Below are positions 1 through 10,800 of a stretch of DNA of 64,000 nucleotides, one piece after another. Below the pieces are notes generated by a model. It searched no databases. It was not told where the DNA came from and worked only from the letters and a program-made list of their open reading frames with translations. Source of the DNA: Planctomycetota bacterium. GTDB lineage: Bacteria > Planctomycetota > Phycisphaerae > Phycisphaerales > SM1A02. Every line of letters begins with the position of its first letter. Position 1 is the first letter of the stretch. Position numbers and translations under genes: made by a program. The stretch is from NCBI GenBank assembly GCA_022566535.1, contig JADFIR010000001.1, positions 176,195 through 240,194 on the forward strand. The letters are read 5' to 3'.

Positions 1-1
1 T

Positions 2-334
2 CCGCCTGAATCCGACTCTCAGCCTGATGCCAAGAGCGAGGCTGAGACGGCTGGCTCTGATTCGTCGGCGACAACCGCATCCGAATCCGGGCAACTCGCA
101 GACGGCGAGAAAGAGAAATCGCAGCCTCAGCCTGTTGGGGCCGCGAAGAATCTGCCTGCGCACGCAGTGTGGTCCGCGGCAGAGCCGCATGTTGTCAGCG
201 TGCTACGGTGGATGAACTCCCCATTGCGCCACGTGCCGCCGTCGGCTCGCCCCGCGGTCGATTGGATCGCCTTGTCGCTGGTCTTCTGGGTGCCGATCGT
301 CTGGCTGATCGCGCTCTTCGCGGTCGGGCGGTAG
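2..334 (+). CDS. 3' end of an unidentified protein (partial, start upstream of window); Ser/Glu-rich stretch then C-terminal hydrophobic helix
   Basis: Frame 2 is open from the window edge to TAG at 332-334 (absent from ORF track because no start codon in window). It ends ...VDWIALSLVFWVPIVWLIALFAVGR. GC-rich hairpins follow at 375-420. Confidence 0.4.
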   Translation, partial: PPESDSQPDAKSEAETAGSDSSATTASESGQLADGEKEKSQPQPVGAAKNLPAHAVWSAAEPHVVSVLRWMNSPLRHVPPSARPAVDWIALSLVFWVPIVWLIALFAVGR

Positions 335-374
335 ACAGCCGATTAGAGCGGTTTCACTCGAACTGTAGCGGATA

Positions 375-420
375 GCCGGCGGGCTATGCCCGCCGGTGCC
401 GGGACGCGTAGCGTCCCGGC
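375..420. terminator. two back-to-back GC-rich hairpins (terminator-like, no U-tract)
   Basis: CCGGCGGGC-tat-GCCCGCCGG (376-396) and GCCGGGACGC-gta-GCGTCCCGGC (398-420), read directly. They lie between the partial + strand CDS and the minus-strand genes ending at 690. Confidence 0.35.
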
Positions 421-514
421 TAGAGCCTCGTCACTTCAGTGACCAGGCCCTCGTATTTCAAATGTCCGCGCACATGGGTAGGCGACGTGCCCAACGTCGT
501 GGCAAGTGTGCCAG

Positions 515-534
515 CCGCGGATACATATCCGCGG
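515..534. repeat. 20-bp perfect palindrome CCGCGGATA-CA-TATCCGCGG
   Basis: Read directly. Shares the 10-mer CCGCGGATAC with the hairpin at 19663-19681. Confidence 0.6.
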
Positions 535-689
535 GGATCGGCGGACATCGGCGCCACTGACTCAGCCGCGCCAACGCCCGCGCAAGGACTCGAAAACATC
601 ATCCTGGCACTTGTTCTGCCGACTCCTTTACTGCCCCCAGCGGGGAGGGGACTTGAGACGCGGGTTCACGAACCAATGACGAACAGCTA

Positions 690-1265
690 TCAGTCGAAAG
701 TCAACGTCCGTGCAACTCGAGCGACCAGATCCTGTTCGTCCGAAGCAAGCGACCGATATTCTGCGTGTACTGTGTACATGATCCCACGATGCCACGTGAT
801 TAGAAACATGCCATCAACCGTCGTATTTGCAATCGATGTACCTGTGTAGGTCAGGTATAGGGCCGAAGAACCTGAGACGCGGGTCCGGTTATCGAATTCC
901 TTGATCTCAATGTCGCTATATGCGATACCGGCGGCGCTAAGAAAATCTTGTCGAAAGGAATCCGTAGTCTCTTGTGTGAAGTCTGGTTCGGTCTCCTGGG
1001 GTTGGGTTCGGACGACAATGTTCCCTTCGCTTCGGAATGGTGCTAGGGCAACCCAAATGGAACCACCGAGTCCCGGTTCTCCAAGCTCCCAATCCGAGGG
1101 ACTCCAAACGTAGACACCATCGGCGATAGTGTGCATCGTCCAGTCAGCCGGGATTGCCGGAGTATCGACCTGTGAGCACGAGATCAGTATGGTGAGTAGC
1201 CAACACGTGGGAAGAAAAGGGGTCGGCCGTCTTTTCTTGACCCGTCGAAAAAAACATGCTGACAC
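690..1265 (-). CDS. hypothetical lipoprotein, family not recognised
   Basis: ORF 690..1337 trimmed to an in-frame GTG at 1265 with GGTGGAGG 8 nt upstream. This gives the signal peptide VSACFFRRVKKRRPTPFLPTCWLLTILISC with lipobox LISC. A/T-richer than surroundings. Confidence 0.55.
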   Translation of the reverse strand: MSACFFRRVKKRRPTPFLPTCWLLTILISCSQVDTPAIPADWTMHTIADGVYVWSPSDWELGEPGLGGSIWVALAPFRSEGNIVVRTQPQETEPDFTQETTDSFRQDFLSAAGIAYSDIEIKEFDNRTRVSGSSALYLTYTGTSIANTTVDGMFLITWHRGIMYTVHAEYRSLASDEQDLVARVARTLTFD

Positions 1266-1293
1266 CTTTTCTGCCTCCACCTTTTCATCTTCC

Positions 1294-1785
1294 TCACGTT
1301 CGGAACTGTAGTTTGACGAGGTGGGTCTGCTTCGCAAGTGTCTTGTTCGCTGCGGTGGTCAACTCGTCGAGAAGGCGCTTCAAGTCGCGTTGGAAGTTGC
1401 TCGGACGTTGCTGGTCGTCCCCAAGATATAGGTAATATAGCTCGTCCATTCTGCGAAGGGCGTCTATCACTTCGGCAGGAAGTACGACCTGGGCGTTGTC
1501 GATGGAGCGCCGAAACGTCGTCAGCGCTTCACCAGCCTTTTGTACGTTCTCTTGACTCCGCGGATCGAAGTCGATCTCAACAGGGGTGGCGAACAGGCCC
1601 TTCATCTCGTTGAAGGCTTGCCAGACGCGGTTCAAGGCCTCCACTCGAAGCTCAAAGATTCGATTACTGGAATGGGTGCGGCGGTCGAGCCAAGTCTTAA
1701 CGATCGCACCGACCAGCGTTAGGAGCGAACCAGCAACCAGGTACAGGAGCTTTTCGGCAATGGCTGGGGCATCCTCTGGGGGCAA
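1294..1785 (-). CDS. hypothetical membrane-anchored helical protein, family not recognised
   Basis: 163-aa ORF with an N-terminal TM helix LLYLVAGSLLTLVGAIV and a predicted helical remainder. It ends 28 nt upstream of the lipoprotein gene on the same strand. Low-GC patch. Confidence 0.55.
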   Translation of the reverse strand: MPPEDAPAIAEKLLYLVAGSLLTLVGAIVKTWLDRRTHSSNRIFELRVEALNRVWQAFNEMKGLFATPVEIDFDPRSQENVQKAGEALTTFRRSIDNAQVVLPAEVIDALRRMDELYYLYLGDDQQRPSNFQRDLKRLLDELTTAANKTLAKQTHLVKLQFRT

Positions 1786-2014
1786 AACAGGTGATTGTAG
1801 AGAATTCCGTTGAGCCGGGACTCTGGATCACGCTTGGGAGAATTCCGCATAGCGGGGCGATTGCCATGCTGAACGGAAGAAGCAAATCACGTGCCGGCCG
1901 TTGCGGGGCCCGGCAGGTCGAGGACCGTCCTCGGCTTCTCGCCATTGTACGGCCGAGCACATAGAACCCAAACGTTCGGCCATCTGCTCGGGCGACCCGC
2001 GGGATGGGTCGAAG

Positions 2015-2362
2015 CTAGGGGTCACCCGGCGGCAGGATCTTCTTGAGCTGTTCGACCAGCGGCGGAAGATCATTGCAAACAGTGCTCCAGACGACATCCA
2101 GATTGACATCGTAGTACATGTGGATCAAGCGGTTCCGCATACCGACCACGTCAGGCCAATCGAGGTGACTTTGTTTGGCACGAGTTGTGGGTGACACTTT
2201 GCTTGCAGCTTCACCGATGATTTCAATGCACTTGATCAGAGCGAGTACCAGCTTCCGATCGGAGTCTAGATCATCCCGTGTTCTCTTGGCTGTGAAGGAC
2301 ATCGCCTCCTGCGCCGCTTCGAGCATATGCCGCATGCGGACGGTGTCATCGTCAAGCCGCAT
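2015..2362 (-). CDS. hepT: HepT-like (DUF86/HEPN) RNase toxin
   Basis: Rx4H HEPN motif in [16 protein letters not shown]. Small size. Start trimmed to [15 protein letters not shown], overlapping the upstream nucleotidyltransferase gene by 11 nt. Confidence 0.8.
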   Translation of the reverse strand: MRLDDDTVRMRHMLEAAQEAMSFTAKRTRDDLDSDRKLVLALIKCIEIIGEAASKVSPTTRAKQSHLDWPDVVGMRNRLIHMYYDVNLDVVWSTVCNDLPPLVEQLKKILPPGDP

Positions 2363-2654
2363 ACTGAACCTCCGCCGCGGCCACGACCTCGTCACGGAAG
2401 TAACGGCTCAGGTCTTGGGGTGTGCGCATGTCTACCGGCAGCCCGCCGAGAAGGTTAGAAAGCTCGCGCTCCATCCGTGCAAGTCCGAAGAAGCCCGGCA
2501 CATGCTCCGGCTCAAACTCCACCAGCACGTCGATGTCGCTGTCGGGACCGAAGTCATCACGGAGCACCGAGCCGAAGAGGGCGAGCTTGCGGATGTGGTT
2601 CGCCCGGCAGAACTCGGCGATGCGTTGGCGATCAATAGGAATCTGAGCGGGCAC
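2352..2654 (-). CDS. mntA: MntA-like minimal nucleotidyltransferase antitoxin
   Basis: [24 protein letters not shown] (GSx10-DxD nucleotidyltransferase signature). 100 aa, directly upstream of the HEPN gene. Confidence 0.85.
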   Translation of the reverse strand: MPAQIPIDRQRIAEFCRANHIRKLALFGSVLRDDFGPDSDIDVLVEFEPEHVPGFFGLARMERELSNLLGGLPVDMRTPQDLSRYFRDEVVAAAEVQYAA

Positions 2655-2708
2655 TGATCAACACTCCTGGTGCATCATATCCGCACAGCGCTCGCCTGCG
2701 GCTCGCGG

Positions 2709-3770
2709 CTAGACAGAACACTGCGGGCTGAGGCGCGCGGCCTGCTCCTCGGCGTGATAGGAGCTGCGCACCAGCGGGCCGGACTCCACGACTTTGAAAC
2801 CCCGCCGCAGACCTTGGAGCTTGAACTGCTCAAACTGTTCGGGCGTCACCCACCGGTCGACCGGCAAATGATTGCGCGTGGGCTGAAGGTATTGACCGAT
2901 GGTGAGAATATCAATGTCGGCGGCTGATCGCACGTCGTCCATGAGGTCGAGCACTTCGTCGTCGCGCTCGCCGATGCCCACCATGATGCTGGTCTTGGAG
3001 ACCAGCCCGCAATCCTTGATCTGCCTGAGGACCTGTAATGAGCGATCGTACTTCGCTTGGGGGCGCACGGTGGGGTGCATGCGCCGCACCGTCTCCATGT
3101 TATGAGCGAGTATCGCCGGCCGGGCCTCGATCACGATTTGCAAAGCGTCGGGATCGCCCCTGAAGTCGCCAACGAGCGCTTCGACCGAGGTGTGAGGACA
3201 GGCCTCGCGAGTGTTGCGGATCGTCTGGGCCCAGATCGCGGCGCCGCCATCCGATAAGTCATCGCGATCGACACAGGTGATGACGACGTGTGTGAGGTTC
3301 ATCAGCGCCAAGGATTCGGCGACACGGCGAGGCTCATCGGGGTCGGGCGGTTGCGGCCGGCCGGTCTTGACGTTGCAGAATCCACAGGACCGCGTGCAGG
3401 TGTCGCCAAGGATCATGATCGTGGCGGTGCCGCGGCTCCAGCATTCGCCGATGTTGGGACAGGAGCCCTCCTGGCAGATCGTGTGGAGCTGGTGTTCGTC
3501 CACGATCTTCTTCAGACGGTCGTAACCGCGGCCACCCGGAGCTCGGGCACGGATCCAGGGAGGCTTGCGGCCTATAAACAACTGCTGCACGCGGGCGTCA
3601 GCGTTGTTCAGCACCATGGGGGTGAGGCTGACCGTGGGGGTCGCGAGTCGCCGGGCCGTATCACCACCCAGCGGACGAGGGTGCCGGGCCAGCGTTCGGG
3701 CGATGGCTCGGCTGAATATCGGTCCTTCAGCCTCTTGGAACCGTGCGTCGGTGGCAGCGTGAGAGGTCAT
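2709..3770 (-). CDS. lipA: lipoyl synthase
   Basis: CPNIGECWSRGTATIMILGDTCTRSCGFCNV (auxiliary and radical-SAM cysteine clusters). The N-terminus may start later, at MVLNNADARV (about 3617). Confidence 0.95.
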   Translation of the reverse strand: MTSHAATDARFQEAEGPIFSRAIARTLARHPRPLGGDTARRLATPTVSLTPMVLNNADARVQQLFIGRKPPWIRARAPGGRGYDRLKKIVDEHQLHTICQEGSCPNIGECWSRGTATIMILGDTCTRSCGFCNVKTGRPQPPDPDEPRRVAESLALMNLTHVVITCVDRDDLSDGGAAIWAQTIRNTREACPHTSVEALVGDFRGDPDALQIVIEARPAILAHNMETVRRMHPTVRPQAKYDRSLQVLRQIKDCGLVSKTSIMVGIGERDDEVLDLMDDVRSAADIDILTIGQYLQPTRNHLPVDRWVTPEQFEQFKLQGLRRGFKVVESGPLVRSSYHAEEQAARLSPQCSV

Positions 3771-4219
3771 CGTGATGAAACTCTATTCCATCCAGATATC
3801 GGCGGCATTATCCCCCACGAGCAGACGCAAAGCGTGGTCCTTCGCCGACCGTCCGGTCCGCCAAGGCAGGGACGGGCGATTCTCCCGTTTGGCGCGGCAT
3901 CGGGGGCCGCTGGGCCATCGATTGCGCCGGCTCCAGGCGGCCGTCATTATCGGAAAACCCAAGCCCCTTTTTTCGCCACACGTCCGTCCTGTCTGAACCG
4001 ATAGAAAGGAGCTAACGAATGATAACCAGCCAACTTAGGTCGCGCGGCCGCATCAGAACCGGCGCAGTCCGCCTGGATGAAACCATGCCCAACAGGAACC
4101 CTGCGGCTCGGTCCACCCACGCCGCGGCGGCGACTAGGCAGGCGCCGCATCCGTGCTTCTCCCGGCGCGTGACCGGCCTCAAGGCGCCGACGTGCAGCGA
4201 GTGACTTGCAGAGGATCCC

Positions 4220-5701
4220 GTGAATCGACACCGTCTTCATTCCGCCCTGTACATGTTCGCGGCGATGCTGTTCGCCATGTCTGGTTGCGAGGTCGATTCG
4301 TTCTTCGATCTGTCGAAGACCGGTCGGTTCGAGCACATGCCGACGACCATTCCTATTCTTGATCGGATCGATGTGATCGAGCGGGAGGAAGACCCATGGG
4401 CTCGCGCAACCGATGTGACGCGCGAGGACCTGATTCCCAGCGATCTAACCTATCGGCTCGCGCCGGGCGACATTATCACCGTTGAGATCTTGGAGTTGAT
4501 CGCGCAGGGGCAGGTGACAACGTCAAGCCGGCGCATCGATGCCGGCGGATACTTCAGACTGCCGGTGCTTGGTGATCTCCGCGCCGCCGGATTGACCGCT
4601 CAGGAGTTTCAGGACGAGATTGTACGTCTCCTGGAAAGAGACGTTATGCGCAATCCTGTTGTGAACGTCGTCGTCGAGGATGGCGCGGGGTTTCAGTACA
4701 CCCTGTACGGGGCGGTGGCGGGAACCGCCATCTACGCCCTTCGACGACCGGATTTCCGCCTGCTCAGTGCGTTGGCCCTAGCCGGCGGCGTGCCGTTGAC
4801 GACGCGGAAGATCTATCTGATTCGCCAGATCCCCCTCACCAAGGAGGTCCTGCCGGTCTTCGATCGCCGCGATGAAGAAGACGTGCAAGGGACGCCCTCC
4901 GTTGACATCGAAAAGCTGATTGAGCAGCTCCAAGAGAATCGTGACAACAGCATCAGCCCGGCCTTGCTGCGGCAAGAGGGTGAACCGTTGATTGATATTG
5001 ACGAGTTAGAGCCGATACGAGTTCCCAAGCAGCCGGCCGCCGAGATCGACGAGGCGATCATCCAGCCCCCCCTGCTACCCACAAAGCCGGCCAAGGGAGA
5101 TCTCTATATCTATGTCGAAGAACGCGGCGAGTGGGTTCGGGTGCCGTCGGACGTCCCAGCCGTCCCTGCCGAAGTAGCCGTGGCGGCTGCCCAGCAGAAA
5201 CTTATCGTCGAGCGAGTCATCGAGATTCCGTATAACAAGTTGAAGCAGGGCGACAGCTCATACAACATCGTGATCCGGCCGAACGATCTCATCTACATCC
5301 AGGAGCCGGTGGTGGGTGTGGTTTACATTGACGGTGAGATCGCCCGGCCCGGCGTATACACGCTGCCGCCCAACAGCCGGGTGACGCTGAGCCGTCTTGT
5401 CGCCGCCGCGGGCGGTCCGGGGGCCCTGGCGGTTCCGGAGCGCGTGGACTTGACCCGTATCGTTGGTGAGAGCCGCGAAGCAACCGTGCGTCTGAACCTG
5501 GCCGCCATTCGACAAAAGACGGAGCCGGATCTGTACTTGAAGCCGGATGACCATATTATTATAGGAACGAGCTGGATTGCGACACCGCTTGCGGTCCTCC
5601 GCAACGGGTTGCGGATTACTTACGGCTTCGGATTCTTGCTGGACCGCAACTTCGGCAACGATGTGTTCGGGCCGCCGCCGGCGAGCCGCTTTCGGTTCTA
5701 A
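4220..5701 (+). CDS. polysaccharide export protein (Wza/SLBB-type outer-membrane lipoprotein)
   Basis: Lipobox LFAMSGC. PGDIITVEILEL-type polysaccharide-export motif and repeated soluble-ligand-binding beta-grasp-like segments (NDLIYIQEPVVGVVYIDGEIARPGVY). First gene of the EPS locus. Confidence 0.8.
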   Translation: MNRHRLHSALYMFAAMLFAMSGCEVDSFFDLSKTGRFEHMPTTIPILDRIDVIEREEDPWARATDVTREDLIPSDLTYRLAPGDIITVEILELIAQGQVTTSSRRIDAGGYFRLPVLGDLRAAGLTAQEFQDEIVRLLERDVMRNPVVNVVVEDGAGFQYTLYGAVAGTAIYALRRPDFRLLSALALAGGVPLTTRKIYLIRQIPLTKEVLPVFDRRDEEDVQGTPSVDIEKLIEQLQENRDNSISPALLRQEGEPLIDIDELEPIRVPKQPAAEIDEAIIQPPLLPTKPAKGDLYIYVEERGEWVRVPSDVPAVPAEVAVAAAQQKLIVERVIEIPYNKLKQGDSSYNIVIRPNDLIYIQEPVVGVVYIDGEIARPGVYTLPPNSRVTLSRLVAAAGGPGALAVPERVDLTRIVGESREATVRLNLAAIRQKTEPDLYLKPDDHIIIGTSWIATPLAVLRNGLRITYGFGFLLDRNFGNDVFGPPPASRFRF

Positions 5702-5967
5702 TGACGGCCTCGGTTCTGGGCATGACGGCGGACGGTTGTCGGGTGAGCTGATCTATGATGTATGGATGGCGGAATTCGCCCGAACCAGACCGGGTGCAGA
5801 GCCCGTAGCAGAGGGGTATCAGGGCCAGGTGGGGCCCACGGGCCGTCACGCCGCTGAAGATGGACCGGTGTGTCACCCTTGGTCCGAAGGAAGTCGGCGC
5901 TCGCCGCCGACGCTTTGAGCTGATGCTCTCATCAGATGAGCCTAACGGCAGGGTCAAATAGGAGGGG

Positions 5968-6984
5968 TTGATGAGTAGCCTGTCCCGCGATGATCCACAG
6001 GCCGGCTCGCAGCTACCCGTGAGGTCGTTGGAGTTACAGCAACCGCGCCTGGACGCTGGCCAGCTCCGCGGGCTGGCGATCGGCGGCGCCATTGTGCTTG
6101 GGTTGATGCTCTGGCTGTTTTGGCACTTCTTCGCAAGGCAGTTTCGCATTGCGATCCACCATCAGGCCGACTGGGGCCATACGTTGGTGATTCCGCTGAT
6201 TGCCGGGTACTTCGTGTATCTCAACCGGCACCGGCTGCTAGCCACCGGCTTCAAGACCACTTGGGTCGGACTGATTCCCATGGTGCTTGGAACGGCGTGG
6301 TACATGTTCTGCTGGCTCGGCCCGATCACGCTGCGCCACCATAACCTCCAGGGGGCTGGGCTCTCACTCACGTTGTTCGGCATCGTGTTGCTGTTCTTCG
6401 GCTTCCGGGCCACGGCCTACTTATTGTTCCCGCTTCTGTACCTGTGTGTCTTCGGTCAGGGGGTATCCGACCGATTGATGAACTATGTCACCTTCCCGTT
6501 GCAGGATATCACGGCCCGCGGGTCGTACATCTTCCTGAAACTGATCGACGTGGACATCGAGCGCAGGGGAAACATCCTCACGATCTATGACAACGGGGTG
6601 GCCAAGCCACTGAACGTTGCCGAGGCGTGCTCGGGCATGCGAATGCTGGTGGCGTTTCTCGCTCTCGGCGTTGCGATGGCCTACACCGGGTTCAAGCATT
6701 TGTGGCAGCGCGTGACCTTGGTGCTGATGGGGGTCCCGATTGCGATCTTTGTCAACATCCTGCGCGTGGCCACGCTGGCGCTGCTCAGCCTGATAGATTC
6801 AGACTTCACGGCCGGGGACTTCCACACGTTCATCGGGCTGCTCTGGCTGGTCCCCGCGTTGCTGATATATCTCGGGTTGATTTGGATTCTGCGGCACCTC
6901 ATCATCGAGGATGAGCCCTCAGGCGGTGGCCCACAGTTGGCCGCAGCGGCCTCGCCCAACGTACCAATGCGGTCCGAGTCGTGA
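5968..6984 (+). CDS. exosortase (EpsH/Xrt family) transpeptidase
   Basis: Multi-TM protein with the exosortase active-site context NVAEACSGMRMLVAFLALG. Followed by an EpsI gene with a 4-nt overlap. Confidence 0.85.
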   Translation: MMSSLSRDDPQAGSQLPVRSLELQQPRLDAGQLRGLAIGGAIVLGLMLWLFWHFFARQFRIAIHHQADWGHTLVIPLIAGYFVYLNRHRLLATGFKTTWVGLIPMVLGTAWYMFCWLGPITLRHHNLQGAGLSLTLFGIVLLFFGFRATAYLLFPLLYLCVFGQGVSDRLMNYVTFPLQDITARGSYIFLKLIDVDIERRGNILTIYDNGVAKPLNVAEACSGMRMLVAFLALGVAMAYTGFKHLWQRVTLVLMGVPIAIFVNILRVATLALLSLIDSDFTAGDFHTFIGLLWLVPALLIYLGLIWILRHLIIEDEPSGGGPQLAAAASPNVPMRSES

Positions 6985-7844
6985 TGATAGTCTTTGATCG
7001 GCATTCCAAAGCTGCTCTGGTCGTGGCGAGCCTCACCCTCGCGGTGTGCGGTATCGGGTTTCGATACGGCATCCGCGCGGCCAACGCATTCCTGCAAAAG
7101 GAGCCGATCCCTCTACGCGATCAATTGCGCAGCATTCCGAAGCGCCTCGGGAGTTGGCAGGCGATCGGGGAGGACGGCGAGTTGACGGTAGAACTCGAGG
7201 AGGCGCTCGGCACGCCACACTATCTCGACCGAGGGTACGCCCTTGACACCGGCGGCCGGGTCCGGGCCTCGCTGCGGCTGCATATTGCCTACTACACCGG
7301 AATGATTGATGCCGTTCCGCATGTACCGGACCGCTGCTTGGCGGTGGCCGGTTTAGTCAAGATGGGCTTGCCGACGAATCTTGACCTTTACGTCGATCGC
7401 GCTGACTGGCGCGGGGATCCAGAAGATGCGAACGTTCGCCCGGGTGAGGGCTATCCAACCCTGACTTTTCGTCATCACGTCACGGGTCGGCCGGTTACGG
7501 TGCACATGCCCAAAAAGAAGTTCCAGCTTCGGACACAGGAGTTCCGGGTAAAGCACCGGCCGGACATGCCTATCTATGCAGGGTACCTCTTCATTGCCAA
7601 CGGCGAGACCACCCCCTGGCCGGAGAGGGTTCGTTTGTTGGCGTTCCAATTGAAAGAAAAGTACGCCTACTACGCCAAGGTGCAGTTCACAATGTATGCG
7701 GCTGCGGATGTCGAGCCGGACGATTTCGTCGAGCTGGTTTCGGATTTGTTGGCTGAACTTCTGCCCGAGCTGATGCGCTGCCTGCCGGATTGGGCCGAGG
7801 TCGAGTCCTGGTCGCACGCACCTTCAACGAATTTAGACGAGTAG
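6981..7844 (+). CDS. EpsI family (exosortase-associated) protein
   Basis: N-terminal anchor, LGSWQ motif and HVPDRCL, typical of the EpsI/DUF3485 pattern. Translationally coupled to the exosortase. Confidence 0.7.
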   Translation: MMIVFDRHSKAALVVASLTLAVCGIGFRYGIRAANAFLQKEPIPLRDQLRSIPKRLGSWQAIGEDGELTVELEEALGTPHYLDRGYALDTGGRVRASLRLHIAYYTGMIDAVPHVPDRCLAVAGLVKMGLPTNLDLYVDRADWRGDPEDANVRPGEGYPTLTFRHHVTGRPVTVHMPKKKFQLRTQEFRVKHRPDMPIYAGYLFIANGETTPWPERVRLLAFQLKEKYAYYAKVQFTMYAAADVEPDDFVELVSDLLAELLPELMRCLPDWAEVESWSHAPSTNLDE

Positions 7845-7864
7845 CCTAAACAACGAGGTCAACT

Positions 7865-10800
7865 ATGGCAACCCGAGTGAATACGAAGTTCGTTCTCATC
7901 TTGACCGCCGCGGTGCTTGGCGCCGTCGGTACTATTGGCCTCGTAGCGGTTCTGAAGAATCGCGGCGACACGACCCGGCACATCAAGGCTGGCGAACAGC
8001 TTCTGGCCCAAGAGGACTACGAGGGGGCGCTGAAGGAGTTCACGCGGGCGATCGCCAAGGAACCGTCCAACATGGATTACCTCGACTTGTTTGAGCAGGC
8101 GCTCCTCAGTATTCGGCCGGAGACACAGGATCAGGCGAGGGTGCTTGACGGGAGGCGGATCGGGATCTTCAAGCGCAAGGCTCAATATCGACCTCAGGAT
8201 CCCCAATCTCACCTGAGCCTGCTTAGAGAGTTGCATCGAGACGCTCGGTACATCAGTCTAGCAGATCAATGGCAGCCGGTCGCCGAGGCCGCCGACGACA
8301 TGTGGAAGCAGATAGCTCCTGGGGACCCAAAGCGCATTTATGCCAGGCTGTATCGGGGGCTGGCCAATATGCGCATGATCGGGCAGCTTTCTGAAGAGGA
8401 AGTTGCCGAGGCCGAGGATGATCTGCGCGCTTTCCTTGAAGCGGTTCCTGACCACGACCTGGGCTGGGCGTCGCTGGCGGATGCCCAGCTGTCGCGCGCA
8501 ATCCAGCTGCGCGATGATGGAAACACGCGGCGGGCCCGGGAGATGTTCGAAGAGGTTGATGACACGCGGGACCGAGCAATTGCGGCGGTGCGGGAGGGTC
8601 CCGAAGTCGCCAGAATGGTTGCTCACCATCTCGCGTTGAAGTCCGTCGACGAAGAGCAAGAGGTCAGCGACGAGGAGCTGAGCGAGGCGGTGGACCGGAT
8701 GGTCGAGCTCGTTGGTCCGACTCAGGATCCGCAGCTCATCAATGAGGCGGCAAACATTCTGAGCTTGATGTGGCGGCTGCAAGGTATCCCCCGCGCCGTC
8801 GATTTGCTGCAGCAGTATCTCCAGGCGCATCCCGAGGAGCACTTCCATCGTCGGTCTCTGGCTCACCTGCAATACGCCGCGGGCAACCTCGACGAAGCCT
8901 ACGAGGCCGCACGCACATTGGTTGACGCCCGGCCTGTACAGGTCAGCCTCTTGTCGAGGGCGCAGCACCAGCTGAGAACTCAGGCGGCCAGCCTGATCGT
9001 TGACATCGAATTCAAACGGTGGCAAGGGGCCGACAAGGCCGACAAGGACGCTCAACTCAAGCGAATCGAAACCGCCCGTGACCAACTGGCTTCGCTTATG
9101 GCCGATCCGGAAAAGGAACCCTTGCTGTTCCGAGCCGAAGGGAAGATCGCGCTGGCCAAAGAAGATTACCAGGCTGCGGCAGCCAACTTCGAACGCCACC
9201 TCAAGCTCAGCGGCAGGGAGGAGTTCGAAATCCTCCTGCTTGCCGCCCACTCTCTGGAGCAGCTGGGTCAGATCGGCCTGGCCTACGAGCGATTCCGGGT
9301 GGCTTCAGCGCTGCAGCCTCAAAACGTCCGCGTGCTGTACCAGAAGGCACGGGTGCTATCCAGGCTGGGTCGCTATGAGGAAGCGGCAGAGACGGTTGAT
9401 AAAGCGCTTGGGATCAATGCGGAATACGACCTTGCCCAACAGCTCGCTATTGCCATAGAAGCCGCGAGGGAGGCCGGTGGGGAGATCGAGACCACTGACC
9501 CGGTTGCCAAGGCCCTGACCGGAGCCGCGGACGCCATGGCCGAGGGTGACCTCAACACCGCTCGCACAGACCTTCGCAATGCCCTGTCGCAAGCTCCTGA
9601 CAATCTCCAACTGATCAGCCTACTGATCCTTGTCGAGCGCCGGGCTGGGGATACGGCATCCGCCCGCGAGTATCTCGACCGTGCTCTGGTCCTCCAGCCT
9701 TCCAATCCATTGCTGCGAAGGTTCGAAGCGTCGCTTGACAACGACGATCCAATTGAAGGGCTCAAGCAGTACGTGGCTGCGCTGTATGAAGATGAGGCCG
9801 ATCGCGCGATCTACACTGTGATCAATCTGGACGTGCTGGCGAGGCAAATGGATGCTGCTGCCCAGCGATATGCCGATTCGGGGGATGCCCAGGCTGCGGC
9901 TGCGGCCAGGTCGCAAGCCAATCGTGCTCGAGACGAGGCGCAACGGTTCCTCGGTAGCGTGCAGGGAATCAGCGAAGATCATCCGGCACTTCTGGAGCAC
10001 CGATTCAATGAAGCCCTGGCGGTAGAGGATTGGGGCAAAGCTGGGCAGCTCGTTGAGCGCGCCCAAGCGGTCGATGCAGACGGGACCGGAGGCCTGATCT
10101 TCAAGGGTCGTTATGAATTGGCCCAACAGGACGTCGAGCAGGCTGTTCAGACACTGACTGATGCGACGGATCGCAAGCACTACGCCTCGGTGCCCTGGCG
10201 GCTACTTGCCGTGGCGCATGAGGCATTGGGGAACTTCGCCGAAGCTCAGAGCGCCTACGAAGAATCCTACGATCGCAATCCGAACGACCCGGAGACGGTC
10301 CGCCGATATGTGCGCCTTTTGGTGCAAACGGGCGACAAGAACCGCGCGCTGCGCATCCTGCGTACCGCCCGTCACACGATTCCGAATGATGCGCTGCTCC
10401 AGGACCACTGGCTGCGGCTGGAAGTGGAGGTCGGCGACACGACGCAGGCGATCCGGACGCGGCGTGAGATCTACGAGCGATCGCCGGATCTTCAGGCGCC
10501 GGTCCGCCGGCTCAACGCGATTCAGCTCGCCGCGCTGCTCGGGCAGCTCGAACCGACCTATGAGCAGGTCGTCGATGAGTCTGGCAAGCAGAGATATGAG
10601 CGCGACCGGTGGAATCGGCTTTCCGCTGGGGAACAGGAGCAGTTGGTTGAGCAAGTTCGAACCGACTGGGTCCGCGAGTCCGAACAGATTCTGGACGCGC
10701 TAGAGGCCGAAGTGGAAGCGGGCCTTGAGGTGGTGGCATTGCGGGCCGCGCTCCTGAAGATTCGCGGAGAAGTCGATGCCGGTGAGCAGCTGCTACGCGA

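Noticed and set aside
420-602. 60-aa minus-strand ORF
   Set aside because: It contains the 20-bp perfect palindrome at 515-534 and has no motif. The region looks intergenic with stacked hairpins. A gene remnant cannot be excluded.
4019-4204. 61-aa ORF with a strong AAAGGAG-7nt-ATG in the leader of the EPS locus
   Set aside because: The RBS is good, but the peptide is Arg/Ala/Thr-rich with no hydrophobic core or motif. It may be a leader peptide, but that is unsupported, so it was not listed as a feature.
8258-9250. 330-aa minus-strand ORF
   Set aside because: It is fully antisense to the 1606-aa TPR gene. Shadow-frame composition, no motif.
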